Below, one piece after another: positions 9,899 to 18,891 of a DNA stretch of 64,000 nucleotides (positions within the stretch are counted from its first letter, which is position 1; each line of letters opens with the position of its first letter). The stretch covers positions 8,430 through 72,429 of the forward strand of contig JAHEAO010000002.1 in assembly GCA_024642725.1 (NCBI GenBank), in the 5' to 3' direction. Below the pieces are notes generated by a model, which saw only the letters and a program-made list of their open reading frames with translations, did no database searches and had not been told where the DNA came from. The DNA comes from Paracoccaceae bacterium (lineage in GTDB: Bacteria > Pseudomonadota > Alphaproteobacteria > Rhodobacterales > Rhodobacteraceae). Made by a program: the position numbers and the translations under genes.

Positions 9899-11703
9899 CA
9901 AACGTCCTCGAATAGCTCTGTGATCTCGAATTTGGTGACATCGACCAGACCCAGATCAGAAATTCGCAACTCTGGTATGACGACCAAAGCCAGAAGTGAA
10001 TGCTGCATATAAGCGTTGTTGAGCGTGCAGCCACATTCGGCCATGGCTGCCACCATTCGGTCCGCCTTGGCAGCGACTTCGCGCGCCGGGCTGTCCGACA
10101 TCAGACCGGCGACCGGCAGTTCGACCAGCGCGATTTCCTGCCCGTCCTTGAAAACGGTGATGCCGCCGCCGACTTCTCCCAGCCGGTTTGCGGCCAATGC
10201 CATATCCTCGCGGCTGGTGCCCACGACGATCATGTGATGGCTGTCGTGCGCGACCGTGCTGGCCAGCGCCATCCGGCCCTTGTAGCCGAACCCCGAGACG
10301 AACCCGTTGACGACGTCGCCGGTCGCGCGATGGCGTTCGACCAGCGCGATCTGGCAGACGTCATTCGATTCGTCGCCCTGCACAACAGTGTCTATCACAG
10401 GCAAATCGGCGGTCAGCGCCTTTGTCGGTGCCTGATTTTCGACGACACCGATGACCTTGGCCGTCACCCGGTTGGCACCTTGCGGTGCCTTCACTTCAAA
10501 ATCGCCGTCAGAAAGTTTCTTGCCCAGATGAACCGTTGCCCTCGAATCGTCCGGCCAGTCCAGATGCGGGCAATCGACAAGAATTTTCCCGGCTTCTGCG
10601 ACTGTGATGCCGCGGGCGATGACCCGGTTGATCGGCAGGCTCACCAGATCGTCCGTCAGCACCAGATCGGCCCTCCGCCCCGGGGCGATCGACCCCAGTT
10701 CCCGTTCCAGTCCGAAATGGGTCGCGGTGTTGATGGTGGCCATTTGTAGCGCGATCACCGGATCACAGCCGCAGGCGATGGCATGGCGTACGACCCGGTT
10801 CATGTGGCCTTCGTTTACCAGTGTGCCGGAATGACAATCGTCAGTGCAGAGGATGAAGTTGCGTGGGTCCAGCCCCTTCTTGGTCACGGCCGTAATCTGG
10901 CTTTCAACGTCATACCAGGCCGACCCCAGCCGCATCATTGACCGCATGCCGTTACGGACGCGCGCGATTGCGTCGGCCTCTGCCGTACCTTCGTGATCGT
11001 CGGCGGCACCACCGGCGACATAGGCGGAAAAGGCCGGTCCCTTGTCGGGTGATGCATAATGCCCGCCCACCACCTTGCCCGCCCGCATGGTTGCGGCCAT
11101 CTCGGCCAGCATCTGCGGACTGCCATTGATCACACCGGGGAAATTCATCATCTCGCCCAGCCCGATGATCCCCGGCCAGGCCATTGCCTCGGCCACATCC
11201 TCGGCGCTGATCTCAAAGCCAGTGGTTTCCAGCCCGGGGGCGGATGGCGCGCAGCTTGGCATCTGGGTGTAGATATTGACCGGCTGCAACAGCGCTTCGT
11301 CATGCATCAGACGGACACCGCGCAGACCGAGCACATTGGCGATTTCATGCGGGTCGGTAAACATCGTCGTCGTGCCGTGCGGGATCACGGCGGCAGCGAA
11401 TTCCGCGGGCGTCAGCATGCCGCTTTCGATATGCATATGCCCGTCGCAAAGTCCGGGAATCAGGAACTGGCCGTCAGCCTCCATCAACTGGGTGTCGGGC
11501 CCGATGCAATGCGAGGCATCCGGACCGACATAGGCAAAACGCCCGTCCGCGATCGCCACCTGCCAATCATCCAGAACTTCACGGCTCTGAACATTCACCA
11601 GTGCGCCGCCTCGGATAACGAGGTCTGCAGCTTCACGCCCTGCCGCAACCGCGACCAGCCGCGCGGCACTGTCTTCCCATGATTTCATTGCAGGTTTTTC
11701 CAT
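9898..11703 (-). CDS. ade: adenine deaminase
   Basis: Amidohydrolase metal motif (PGLCDGHMHIESG) and a length of about 600 aa. The start is taken at ATG 11703 (alternative 11688). The longer ORF start at 11871 overlaps the next gene. Confidence 0.85.
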   Translation of the reverse strand: MEKPAMKSWEDSAARLVAVAAGREAADLVIRGGALVNVQSREVLDDWQVAIADGRFAYVGPDASHCIGPDTQLMEADGQFLIPGLCDGHMHIESGMLTPAEFAAAVIPHGTTTMFTDPHEIANVLGLRGVRLMHDEALLQPVNIYTQMPSCAPSAPGLETTGFEISAEDVAEAMAWPGIIGLGEMMNFPGVINGSPQMLAEMAATMRAGKVVGGHYASPDKGPAFSAYVAGGAADDHEGTAEADAIARVRNGMRSMMRLGSAWYDVESQITAVTKKGLDPRNFILCTDDCHSGTLVNEGHMNRVVRHAIACGCDPVIALQMATINTATHFGLERELGSIAPGRRADLVLTDDLVSLPINRVIARGITVAEAGKILVDCPHLDWPDDSRATVHLGKKLSDGDFEVKAPQGANRVTAKVIGVVENQAPTKALTADLPVIDTVVQGDESNDVCQIALVERHRATGDVVNGFVSGFGYKGRMALASTVAHDSHHMIVVGTSREDMALAANRLGEVGGGITVFKDGQEIALVELPVAGLMSDSPAREVAAKADRMVAAMAECGCTLNNAYMQHSLLALVVIPELRISDLGLVDVTKFEITELFEDV

Positions 11704-11813
11704 GAACCAATTGTCAGGAAATTCAGGCGGGGTGCAAGACCCAAACCCATGGGCGCAATAGGGGCCGCGCGTTTCCGCGCAGCCCCTATTGGCGATTTCT
11801 GAAAGTCTGCCGC

Positions 11814-12125
11814 CTACATCTCGAGGATTTCGACGACCTCGACTGTTCCGCCATCGTTCAGGATCGGGCAACCCTGCGCAATCTTGTTTGCAGCCGCCTG
11901 ATCCGCCGCGCTGACGACCGTGAAACCCGATAGCGGATTTGATCCGCCATTGGCCACTATGTCTTTGTTAGTGACTGTATTTGACTTTCCAACGGGGCCT
12001 CCGGGGTATGTCACCTTGTCGCCCATGCCCTCGTACCAGGCATTCCAGGCGGCCATGACACGCTGCCCCTCCTCGGGCGACTCCGGCATCTTGCCACCAT
12101 GGTATGCAAATATGAAATTGGCCAT
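11814..12125 (-). CDS. small conserved hypothetical protein (103 aa)
   Basis: Starts MANFIFAYHGGKMPESPEEGQRVMAAWNAWYEGMG... It is the third gene after the ArsR and SRPBCC genes, with an 18-nt gap. I recognise the N-terminal pattern as a recurrent bacterial small protein but cannot name the family. Confidence 0.5.
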   Translation of the reverse strand: MANFIFAYHGGKMPESPEEGQRVMAAWNAWYEGMGDKVTYPGGPVGKSNTVTNKDIVANGGSNPLSGFTVVSAADQAAANKIAQGCPILNDGGTVEVVEILEM

Positions 12126-12143
12126 TTCTTCTCTCCCTGTGTT

Positions 12144-12578
12144 CTAGGCGTTTGCCAGACGTTCGAGCTTGCGCAGGGAAGAACTCCACCCCTGCTCGTG
12201 GTTGGCCGCCACATCGTCGCCTGGCAAATCGACATGGCTCAGTTCGAATTCCGTGCCGCCGTTCGCAGCAGGCACCAGCCGGATCGTGACATGGCTTTCG
12301 ACTCCGCGCTTGTCGTGCTCGTCATGCCAGGCCCAAGTGAAACCGACCATGTGCGGCGGGTCGACCTTGGTGACATGCCCTGACACCTTGAAGCGCTGCC
12401 CTTTGGCATTCATCATCACCGACATCCATGGCCCGGGCCTGTCGAAGGCCAAGTGCTGCTCGGGCAGGGTCATCCCCTCGGGTCCCCACCATTTCAGCAA
12501 GTGCTCTGTTCTAGAGACATATTCGAAGACTTTTTCGGGCGGTGCCCGAAAGCTTCGAGTGATTGTCAGCGCGGTCAT
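12144..12578 (-). CDS. SRPBCC-superfamily protein (Aha1/activator of Hsp90 ATPase-like domain)
   Basis: The pattern TITRSFRAPPEKVFEYVSRTEHLLKWWGPEG is typical of AHSA1-type SRPBCC proteins. It sits 3 nt after the arsR-family gene. Confidence 0.8.
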   Translation of the reverse strand: MTALTITRSFRAPPEKVFEYVSRTEHLLKWWGPEGMTLPEQHLAFDRPGPWMSVMMNAKGQRFKVSGHVTKVDPPHMVGFTWAWHDEHDKRGVESHVTIRLVPAANGGTEFELSHVDLPGDDVAANHEQGWSSSLRKLERLANA

Positions 12579-12581
12579 CTC

Positions 12582-12896
12582 TCACGCCTCACCAAGGGCG
12601 ATGGCCAGCCGGTCGATGCTGGTTTCCCAGAAATCCCGGTGGTTCATCATCCAGTCGCCGATCGTCCGCATTGCTTCAGGCGCGACACGATAGATCCGAC
12701 GCTGCGCATCGATCCGCCGCGTCACCACTCCTGCCTCGCGCAACACTTTCAGATGGCGTGAAATCGCCGGCGGCGACACGTCAGCGACACCCTGCAAGTC
12801 TCCGGCGCTCAGTTCGCCCTCCGCCAAAAGCCGTTCGACAATTGCAAGGCGGGTTGGGTCCCCCAAGGCGGCAAAATGGGTTGGCAGGTTGGTCAT
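12582..12896 (-). CDS. ArsR/SmtB-family transcriptional regulator
   Basis: [16 protein letters not shown]...SAGDL...[16 protein letters not shown] is the winged-helix ArsR signature. Confidence 0.85.
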   Translation of the reverse strand: MTNLPTHFAALGDPTRLAIVERLLAEGELSAGDLQGVADVSPPAISRHLKVLREAGVVTRRIDAQRRIYRVAPEAMRTIGDWMMNHRDFWETSIDRLAIALGEA

Positions 12897-12913
12897 CTTT
12901 TAATTCCTATATT

Positions 12914-12925
12914 TGTTAATTAACA
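12914..12925. promoter_or_regulatory. candidate ArsR-family operator (perfect 12-bp palindrome)
   Basis: tgttaattaaca is a perfect palindrome lying 18 nt upstream of the arsR-family start. It is embedded in an AT-rich divergent promoter region. Confidence 0.4.
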
Positions 12926-12992
12926 CATCACGCAATTACCGATTCGTCAACTCTCTCTTGAACTGGCGACACCTGAGGTCATAACTCCGCCT

Positions 12993-13856
12993 ATGACAAA
13001 AACGCTTCTCTCCTTCGGTCATGGCTATTCCGCCCGCGCGCTTTCCCGCCTTCTGCTCCCAGAGGGCTGGCGGATTATCGGCACAACGCGCAGCAAGCAG
13101 AGCGCCGACAACCTGCGTGCCGAAGGCATCGAGCCGCTGGTCTGGCCCGGTGCCGACATGCGGCCGGCACTTGCCGAAGCGACGCATCTGCTGACTTCTA
13201 TCGCCCCGGATGAAGACGGCGATCCGGTGCTCAACGCCTTGGGCAGCGAAATCGCCGCCGCAGCCCCTTTCGAATGGACGGGCTATTTGTCGACAACCGG
13301 CGTCTATGGCGATCACCAGGGCGGCTGGGTTGATGAGACGACCGCGCTCACCCCGTCAACCAAACGCGGGCAGTACCGGGTTCGGGCAGAGGCCGCATGG
13401 CAGGCGATGGCCGAAAACCATAGTCTAAATCTCCATATATTTCGATTGGCTGGCATCTACGGCCCTGGGCGAGGGCCGTTCGCGAAGGTGCGGGACGGAA
13501 CCGCCCGCAGGATCATAAAGCCCGGTCAGGTCTTTTCGCGCATCCATGTCAGCGACATCGCGCAGGTTCTCGCCGCCTCAATCGCCCGGCCCAATCCCGG
13601 AGCCATCTACAATCTTTGTGATGACGATCCGGCACCGCCCGAAGACGTCATCGGATATGCCGCCGAGCTTCTCGGTCTTCCTGTCCCGCCCGCCCAGAAT
13701 TGGGAAACCGCTGAAATGACGCCAATGGCCCGCAGCTTCTATGCCGAGTCAAAGAAAGTCCGGAACGACCGCATCAAGACGGAACTGGGTGTCAGGCTGA
13801 AGTTTCCGGACTACCGCAAGGGGCTGACCGCGCTGCTGAAAGAAGGCGGCGAATAG
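12993..13856 (+). CDS. NAD(P)-binding Rossmann-fold protein (atypical SDR / epimerase-like)
   Basis: A 287-aa protein with an N-terminal beta-alpha-beta segment, LLSFGHGYSARAL, and an epimerase-like length. Confidence 0.6.
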   Translation: MTKTLLSFGHGYSARALSRLLLPEGWRIIGTTRSKQSADNLRAEGIEPLVWPGADMRPALAEATHLLTSIAPDEDGDPVLNALGSEIAAAAPFEWTGYLSTTGVYGDHQGGWVDETTALTPSTKRGQYRVRAEAAWQAMAENHSLNLHIFRLAGIYGPGRGPFAKVRDGTARRIIKPGQVFSRIHVSDIAQVLAASIARPNPGAIYNLCDDDPAPPEDVIGYAAELLGLPVPPAQNWETAEMTPMARSFYAESKKVRNDRIKTELGVRLKFPDYRKGLTALLKEGGE

Positions 13857-13934
13857 CGGCGAGGACATCTTGTTCCCAGCGGCCTGCGCCGCCATATCTG
13901 CCACTAACCAAAGCAGCACCCAGACAGGCATCAA

Positions 13935-14729
13935 ATGAATTTTCGACAGCGAACCGCCGCATTTCTTGACCGCGACTTGGTGCGCAACGTCATACTTGGC
14001 GTCATCCTGTTCAATGCGGTGCTTCTGGGGCTTGAAACCTCTGAACAAGCGATGGCGCAGGCGGGGCCACTGATCGTAGCTCTGGACGCCACCTGTCTTT
14101 CCATCTTCGTTTTGGAAATCGGGGCCAAATTATTCGCCCAAGGGCTTGGCTTCTTCCGGCGTCCCTGGAACCTGTTCGATTTCGCTGTTGTCGGGATCGC
14201 CCTCTTGCCCGCGACGCAGGGTCTGTCGGTGCTGCGCGCGCTGCGTGTAATCCGGCTCCTCCGCGTCATCTCTGTCGCGCCACGCCTGCGCCGGGTGGTT
14301 GAAGGGTTCATTACCGCACTGCCGGGCATGGGGTCGGTATTTCTGCTGATGGGGATCATCTTCTACATCGGCTCGGTCATGGCGACAAAGCTGTTTGGCA
14401 CGGCTTTTCCGGCATGGTTCGGCGATCTCGGGCGGTCGGCCTATTCGCTGTTCCAGATCATGACACTGGAAAGCTGGTCGATGGGCATTGTCCGCCCGGT
14501 CATGGAAGTCCATTCATGGGCATGGGCTTTCTTTGTGCCCTTCATCATGGTGACGACTTTTGCTGTGGTGAACCTGCTTGTGGGTCTTATCGTGAACTCG
14601 ATGCAGGATGCCCATAGTGAAGAGGACCACGCGCGTACTGATGCTTACCGGGATGAGGTGTTGACCCGGTTGGATGCGATAGAGCAGCGGCTGAAGGAAC
14701 AGGCCGAGAGCCGGCACAACGCAGCCTGA
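13935..14729 (+). CDS. voltage-gated sodium channel, single-domain bacterial NaV (NaChBac/NavAb family)
   Basis: S4 carries Arg at every third residue (LRALRVIRLLRVISVAPRLRRVV). The pore filter is FQIMTLESWSMGIVRP. A C-terminal charged helix is consistent with the tetramerisation coiled coil. Confidence 0.85.
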   Translation: MNFRQRTAAFLDRDLVRNVILGVILFNAVLLGLETSEQAMAQAGPLIVALDATCLSIFVLEIGAKLFAQGLGFFRRPWNLFDFAVVGIALLPATQGLSVLRALRVIRLLRVISVAPRLRRVVEGFITALPGMGSVFLLMGIIFYIGSVMATKLFGTAFPAWFGDLGRSAYSLFQIMTLESWSMGIVRPVMEVHSWAWAFFVPFIMVTTFAVVNLLVGLIVNSMQDAHSEEDHARTDAYRDEVLTRLDAIEQRLKEQAESRHNAA

Positions 14730-14738
14730 TCTTCAGGG

Positions 14739-16667
14739 TTAGGCGCGGCGGCTGGCGATGTCGGTCACGCCCAGAACATCCAGCACTTTCGCGACGATAT
14801 CTTCGGCGTTCAACCCGGCGGTCGCATACATATCTTCGGGGCTCGCCTGGTCGATGAAAATGTCCGGCAAGACCATCGACCGGAACCGGAATCCCCTGTC
14901 GAACACGCCTTCATCTGCCAGAAGTTGTGCGACCTGAGATCCAAACCCCCCGACCGCGCCTTCCTCTATGGTGATCAGCGCCTCATGCTCCGCCACCAGT
15001 TGCATGATCATGTCCTGATCCAGTGGCTTGGCGAACCTCGCATCCGCGATCGTGGGCGAAATTCCCTTGTTAGAGAGTATTTCGGAGGCCTTCTGAACCG
15101 CCTCCAGCCGCGTCCCGAATGACAGGATCGCAACGCGCCCGCCTTTCCGGATCATCCGCCCCTTGCCGATCTCCAGCACGTCGCCGCGGTCCGGCATCTC
15201 GACGCCGACCCCTTCACCGCGGGGATACCTGAAAGCAATGGGTCCGTCGTCATGTGCGGCGGCAGTGGCAACCATATGCACCAGCTCGGCTTCATCCGCG
15301 GCTGCCATGACGACCATGCCCGGCAGGTTCGACAAGAAGGCGATGTCATAGGCGCCCGCATGGGTCGCACCGTCTGCGCCAACCAGCCCGGCGCGGTCGA
15401 TGGCAAATCGCACCGGCAGGCGCTGGATCGCCACATCATGCACAACCTGATCGTAGCCGCGCTGCAGGAACGTGGAATAGAGCGCGCAAAAGGGTTTCAT
15501 CCCGCCCGCCGCCATTCCGGCGCTGAATGTGACCGCATGCTGTTCGGCGATGCCAACATCGAAGCAGCGGCTGGGGTAGCGTTCCGCGAACAGGTTCAGG
15601 CCGGTGCCATCCGGCATCGCGGCCGTGACGGCGACGATCTTGTCATCCGCCGCCGCTTCGCGCAGCAGCGCGTCGGCAAAGACGCGTGTATAGCTCGGCG
15701 CGTTGGACGGCGCCTTCTTCTGCTTGCCAGTGACCACATCGAACTTGGCCGTCGCGTGCCCCTTGTCCGATGCGCCTTCCGCCGGGGCATATCCCTTGCC
15801 CTTCTTGGTGATCGCATGGATCAGCACCGGCCCCGTTGCCCGCGTCTTGACAGTGCGCAGGATCGACAGAAGCTGTTCCATGTCATGCCCGTCGATGGGT
15901 CCGACATAGGAAAATCCTAGCTCTTCGAACATCGTGCCGCCGACGGTCATGCCCTTGAGCATTTCCTTTGCCCGGCGGGCACCTTCCTGAAACGGCGGCG
16001 GCAGCAGGCTGATCGCGCCTTTCGCGGCAGCCTTGAATTCCTGATAGGGATCGCCAGCGTAGAGACGCGACAGATACGTCGACATTGCGCCGACTGGCGG
16101 TGCAATCGACATCTCGTTGTCATTCAGAATGACGAACAGACGCTTTCCCAGATGGCCTGCGTTGTTCATCGCTTCATAGGCCATTCCCGCACTCATCGCG
16201 CCATCGCCGATCACCGCAATGCAATCGCCGATCCCGTGTTCCGTCGCTCCACCCAGATCACGTGCCACGGCAAAGCCCAGCGCGGCCGATATAGAAGTCG
16301 AGGAATGGGCCGCTCCGAACGGGTCATAGGGGCTTTCGGATCTCTTGGTGAAACCTGAAAGCCCGCCCTTCTGACGCAGGGTCCGAATCCGGTCGCGCCG
16401 CCCGGTAAGGATCTTGTGCGGATAGCACTGGTGACTCACGTCCCAGATAATCCGGTCCTTCGGCGCATCAAAGACAGCATGAAGCGCCACCGTCAGTTCA
16501 ACGACGCCAAGTCCCGCGCCAAGATGCCCGCCGGTCTCGGACACCGCACTGATGGTCTCGGCGCGCAGTTCATCCGCCAGCCGCCGCAATTCGGCATCGC
16601 TCATACCCTTCATATCGGAGGGCACATTCACACGGTCCAGCAAAGGTGTCTTGGGTCGATCGGTCAT
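14739..16667 (-). CDS. dxs: 1-deoxy-D-xylulose-5-phosphate synthase
   Basis: A 642-aa TPP enzyme with motifs [28 protein letters not shown] and the transketolase-like C-terminus. Confidence 0.95.
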   Translation of the reverse strand: MTDRPKTPLLDRVNVPSDMKGMSDAELRRLADELRAETISAVSETGGHLGAGLGVVELTVALHAVFDAPKDRIIWDVSHQCYPHKILTGRRDRIRTLRQKGGLSGFTKRSESPYDPFGAAHSSTSISAALGFAVARDLGGATEHGIGDCIAVIGDGAMSAGMAYEAMNNAGHLGKRLFVILNDNEMSIAPPVGAMSTYLSRLYAGDPYQEFKAAAKGAISLLPPPFQEGARRAKEMLKGMTVGGTMFEELGFSYVGPIDGHDMEQLLSILRTVKTRATGPVLIHAITKKGKGYAPAEGASDKGHATAKFDVVTGKQKKAPSNAPSYTRVFADALLREAAADDKIVAVTAAMPDGTGLNLFAERYPSRCFDVGIAEQHAVTFSAGMAAGGMKPFCALYSTFLQRGYDQVVHDVAIQRLPVRFAIDRAGLVGADGATHAGAYDIAFLSNLPGMVVMAAADEAELVHMVATAAAHDDGPIAFRYPRGEGVGVEMPDRGDVLEIGKGRMIRKGGRVAILSFGTRLEAVQKASEILSNKGISPTIADARFAKPLDQDMIMQLVAEHEALITIEEGAVGGFGSQVAQLLADEGVFDRGFRFRSMVLPDIFIDQASPEDMYATAGLNAEDIVAKVLDVLGVTDIASRRA

Positions 16668-16687
16668 TCAGCCCCCTTGGGCCAGCA

Positions 16688-17557
16688 CTACATCTCGCGC
16701 GAGATAACGAACCGGGCCGCTTCCCGCAAGGCTTCTGCCTTCCCGCCGTAGGGTGTCAGGGCCGCTTCTGCCTCTGCGACAAGGGATCTGGCCCGGTCCC
16801 TTGCCCCGTTCAGGCCCAGAAGCGACACGAATGTCGCCTTGCCCGCTTCGGCATCCTTGCCAACGCGTTTGCCTGTCTTTGCGGCATCCCCGGTCACATC
16901 AAGGATGTCGTCGGCGATCTGGAAGGCAAGCCCCAGAGCGCCCGCGTAACGTCGCAACGGCTCGGGATCGTCCCCGGCCAGAACCGGCCCCACTTCCGCT
17001 GACCAGCCGATCAGGGCACCAGTCTTCAGCGCCTGCAACCGGGTGATCTGGTCAAGCGACAGACTTTCCGTCGATGTCTCGGCGGCGATATCCAGCGCCT
17101 GCCCCATCACCATGCCCTGCGCACCCGACGCCCGTGCAAGTGACGCGACCAGCGCCAGCCGGATTGAAGGATCGGGATGCAATTCTGGCCTTGTCAGACA
17201 CTCGAATGCCATGGCCTGTAGCGCATCGCCAACCAGAACTGCGGTGGCCTCGTCCCACTTCACATGCACCGTCGGCTGGCCGCGGCGCAGGTCGTCGTCA
17301 TCCATGCAGGGAAGGTCGTCATGCACAAGGCTATAGGCATGCAGCGCCTCGACAGCAGCCGCGGCCCAGACGCTCGCCGCATCCGAGACACCGTGCAGGG
17401 CCGCACTTTCCATCACCAGAAAGGCACGTATGCGCTTGCCGCCTTGCGTGGCATAACGCATCGCCTCGGCCACCGGTGCCGTGCCCAGCGGCAATAGCAT
17501 TTCGGCCAGACAGGACTCGACCTGCATCGCGACATCCCGCAGGCGGTCGTTGAACAT
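16688..17557 (-). CDS. ispA: farnesyl-diphosphate synthase (polyprenyl synthetase)
   Basis: First and second Asp-rich motifs LVHDDLPCMDDDDLRRG and FQIADDILD. It sits between xseB and dxs, as in many bacteria. Confidence 0.9.
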   Translation of the reverse strand: MFNDRLRDVAMQVESCLAEMLLPLGTAPVAEAMRYATQGGKRIRAFLVMESAALHGVSDAASVWAAAAVEALHAYSLVHDDLPCMDDDDLRRGQPTVHVKWDEATAVLVGDALQAMAFECLTRPELHPDPSIRLALVASLARASGAQGMVMGQALDIAAETSTESLSLDQITRLQALKTGALIGWSAEVGPVLAGDDPEPLRRYAGALGLAFQIADDILDVTGDAAKTGKRVGKDAEAGKATFVSLLGLNGARDRARSLVAEAEAALTPYGGKAEALREAARFVISREM

Positions 17558-17560
17558 GTG

Positions 17561-17803
17561 CTATAGCCCTTCGACGGGGTCCGTTCCCGATGGCGTACCA
17601 TCGGCGTTCAGCGTGATCCGCTCGACCTTTTCCTCGGCCTCTTTCAGCTTTTTCTCGCAACGCGCCTTCAACTCGGCCCCGCGTTCGTAAAGCTTGATCG
17701 AATCTTCCAGCGGCACGTCGCCACGCTCCAGCTGCCCGACCACGCGCTCCAGCTCGGCCATCGCCTGCTCGAATGTCATTTCGGAAACCGCTGTCTCGCT
17801 CAT
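17561..17803 (-). CDS. xseB: exodeoxyribonuclease VII small subunit
   Basis: An 80-aa protein, TFEQAMAELERVVGQLERGDVPLEDSIKLYERGAELKARCEKKL, which is the XseB signature. Confidence 0.9.
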   Translation of the reverse strand: MSETAVSEMTFEQAMAELERVVGQLERGDVPLEDSIKLYERGAELKARCEKKLKEAEEKVERITLNADGTPSGTDPVEGL

Positions 17804-18735
17804 CTGCCGCGCTCCATCAACACCTTCACATGGGCCGCCACCGACTGGCCCAGCGCTGTCAGATCATATCCACCCTCTAGTGTCGAGACCACCCGCCCGT
17901 CACAGCAATCCGCTGCGATGTCGCAAAGGCGCCGCGTCAGCCAGGCGAAGTCTTCTGTCTCCCAGTTCAGATTGGCCAGCGGATCGTCGCGATGCGCATC
18001 GAACCCTGCAGAGACAAGGATCAGCTCTGGCCGGAACTCTTCCAGCGCCGGAAAGACCCGGCCTTCATAAGCGCGCCGCATCTCGACCCCGCCTGTACCG
18101 GGGGCCAGCGGGATGTTGATGACATTGTCATGTGCGCCGCGCTCGCTCGGGTCACCGGTGCCCGGCCAAAGCGGCATCTGCTGGCTGGTGATGAACAATG
18201 TCCGCGCTTCCTCCCACAACAGGTCCTGCGTGCCATTGCCGTGATGCACGTCGAAATCGACCACGGCCACGCGCGACAGCCCGCGCCGCTCCACCGCGTG
18301 TCTGGCCGCGATGGCCACATTGCCGAACAGACAGAATCCCATCGGCGTTTCAGCCTCGGCATGGTGCCCGGGAGGCCGGCATCCGACAAAGGCGTTGGCC
18401 GCGCTCCCGTCAACGACGCTGTCCACCGCCGCAATCGTTCCGCCAACCGCGCGCAACGCTGCCTTCAACGATCCCGGCGACATATGCGTGTCGGCATCCA
18501 GCGGGACCGATCCGCTCAGCGGCACCGCCCCTGTGATCCGGTCGATGTAGGATTGCGGATGGCAAAGCAGCAGGTCGTCTTCGTCGGCCAGCGGTGCCTC
18601 ACAGCGAATCAGGGATTCGAAAGACGCATCGGACAGTGCCGTGGCAATCGCTTTTAACCGGGCAACCTGTTCGGGGTGCCCATATGGGGTCACGTGATCA
18701 AGGCAATCCGGGTGAGAATAGTAATATGTGCTCAT
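17800..18735 (-). CDS. histone deacetylase-family (class II HDAC/acetoin-utilisation-like) deacetylase
   Basis: Motifs RPPGHHA, DFDVHHGNGTQ and EGGY. Its stop overlaps the xseB start in ATGA. Confidence 0.85.
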   Translation of the reverse strand: MSTYYYSHPDCLDHVTPYGHPEQVARLKAIATALSDASFESLIRCEAPLADEDDLLLCHPQSYIDRITGAVPLSGSVPLDADTHMSPGSLKAALRAVGGTIAAVDSVVDGSAANAFVGCRPPGHHAEAETPMGFCLFGNVAIAARHAVERRGLSRVAVVDFDVHHGNGTQDLLWEEARTLFITSQQMPLWPGTGDPSERGAHDNVINIPLAPGTGGVEMRRAYEGRVFPALEEFRPELILVSAGFDAHRDDPLANLNWETEDFAWLTRRLCDIAADCCDGRVVSTLEGGYDLTALGQSVAAHVKVLMERGR

Positions 18736-18814
18736 GCCCGGACCCTAACCGAACCGCTCTGGCAGCGACAAGCGGTAAGAGATTCTGGAAATTTTCAAGA
18801 AACTCAAACACTTT

Positions 18815-18828
18815 TTGATATTCATCAA
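18815..18828. promoter_or_regulatory. FNR/CRP-family binding site candidate
   Basis: TTGAT-ATTC-ATCAA is a perfect match to the TTGAT-N4-ATCAA consensus. Its centre lies about 70 nt upstream of the 18892 ATG and about 86 nt upstream of the divergent HDAC-family start. Confidence 0.5.
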
Positions 18829-18891
18829 TTCGCAAGTGATCACATATGGTCCAGTGTGGCTCCGCAATAAGAATTCCGAGCGGAGGAAAAA

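Noticed and set aside
11704-11871. 56-codon N-terminal extension of the adenine deaminase ORF
   Set aside because: It overlaps the 3-prime end of the upstream 103-aa gene, is Arg/Gly/Pro-rich, and is not needed for a normal-length enzyme. Internal ATGs at 11703 and 11688 fit better.
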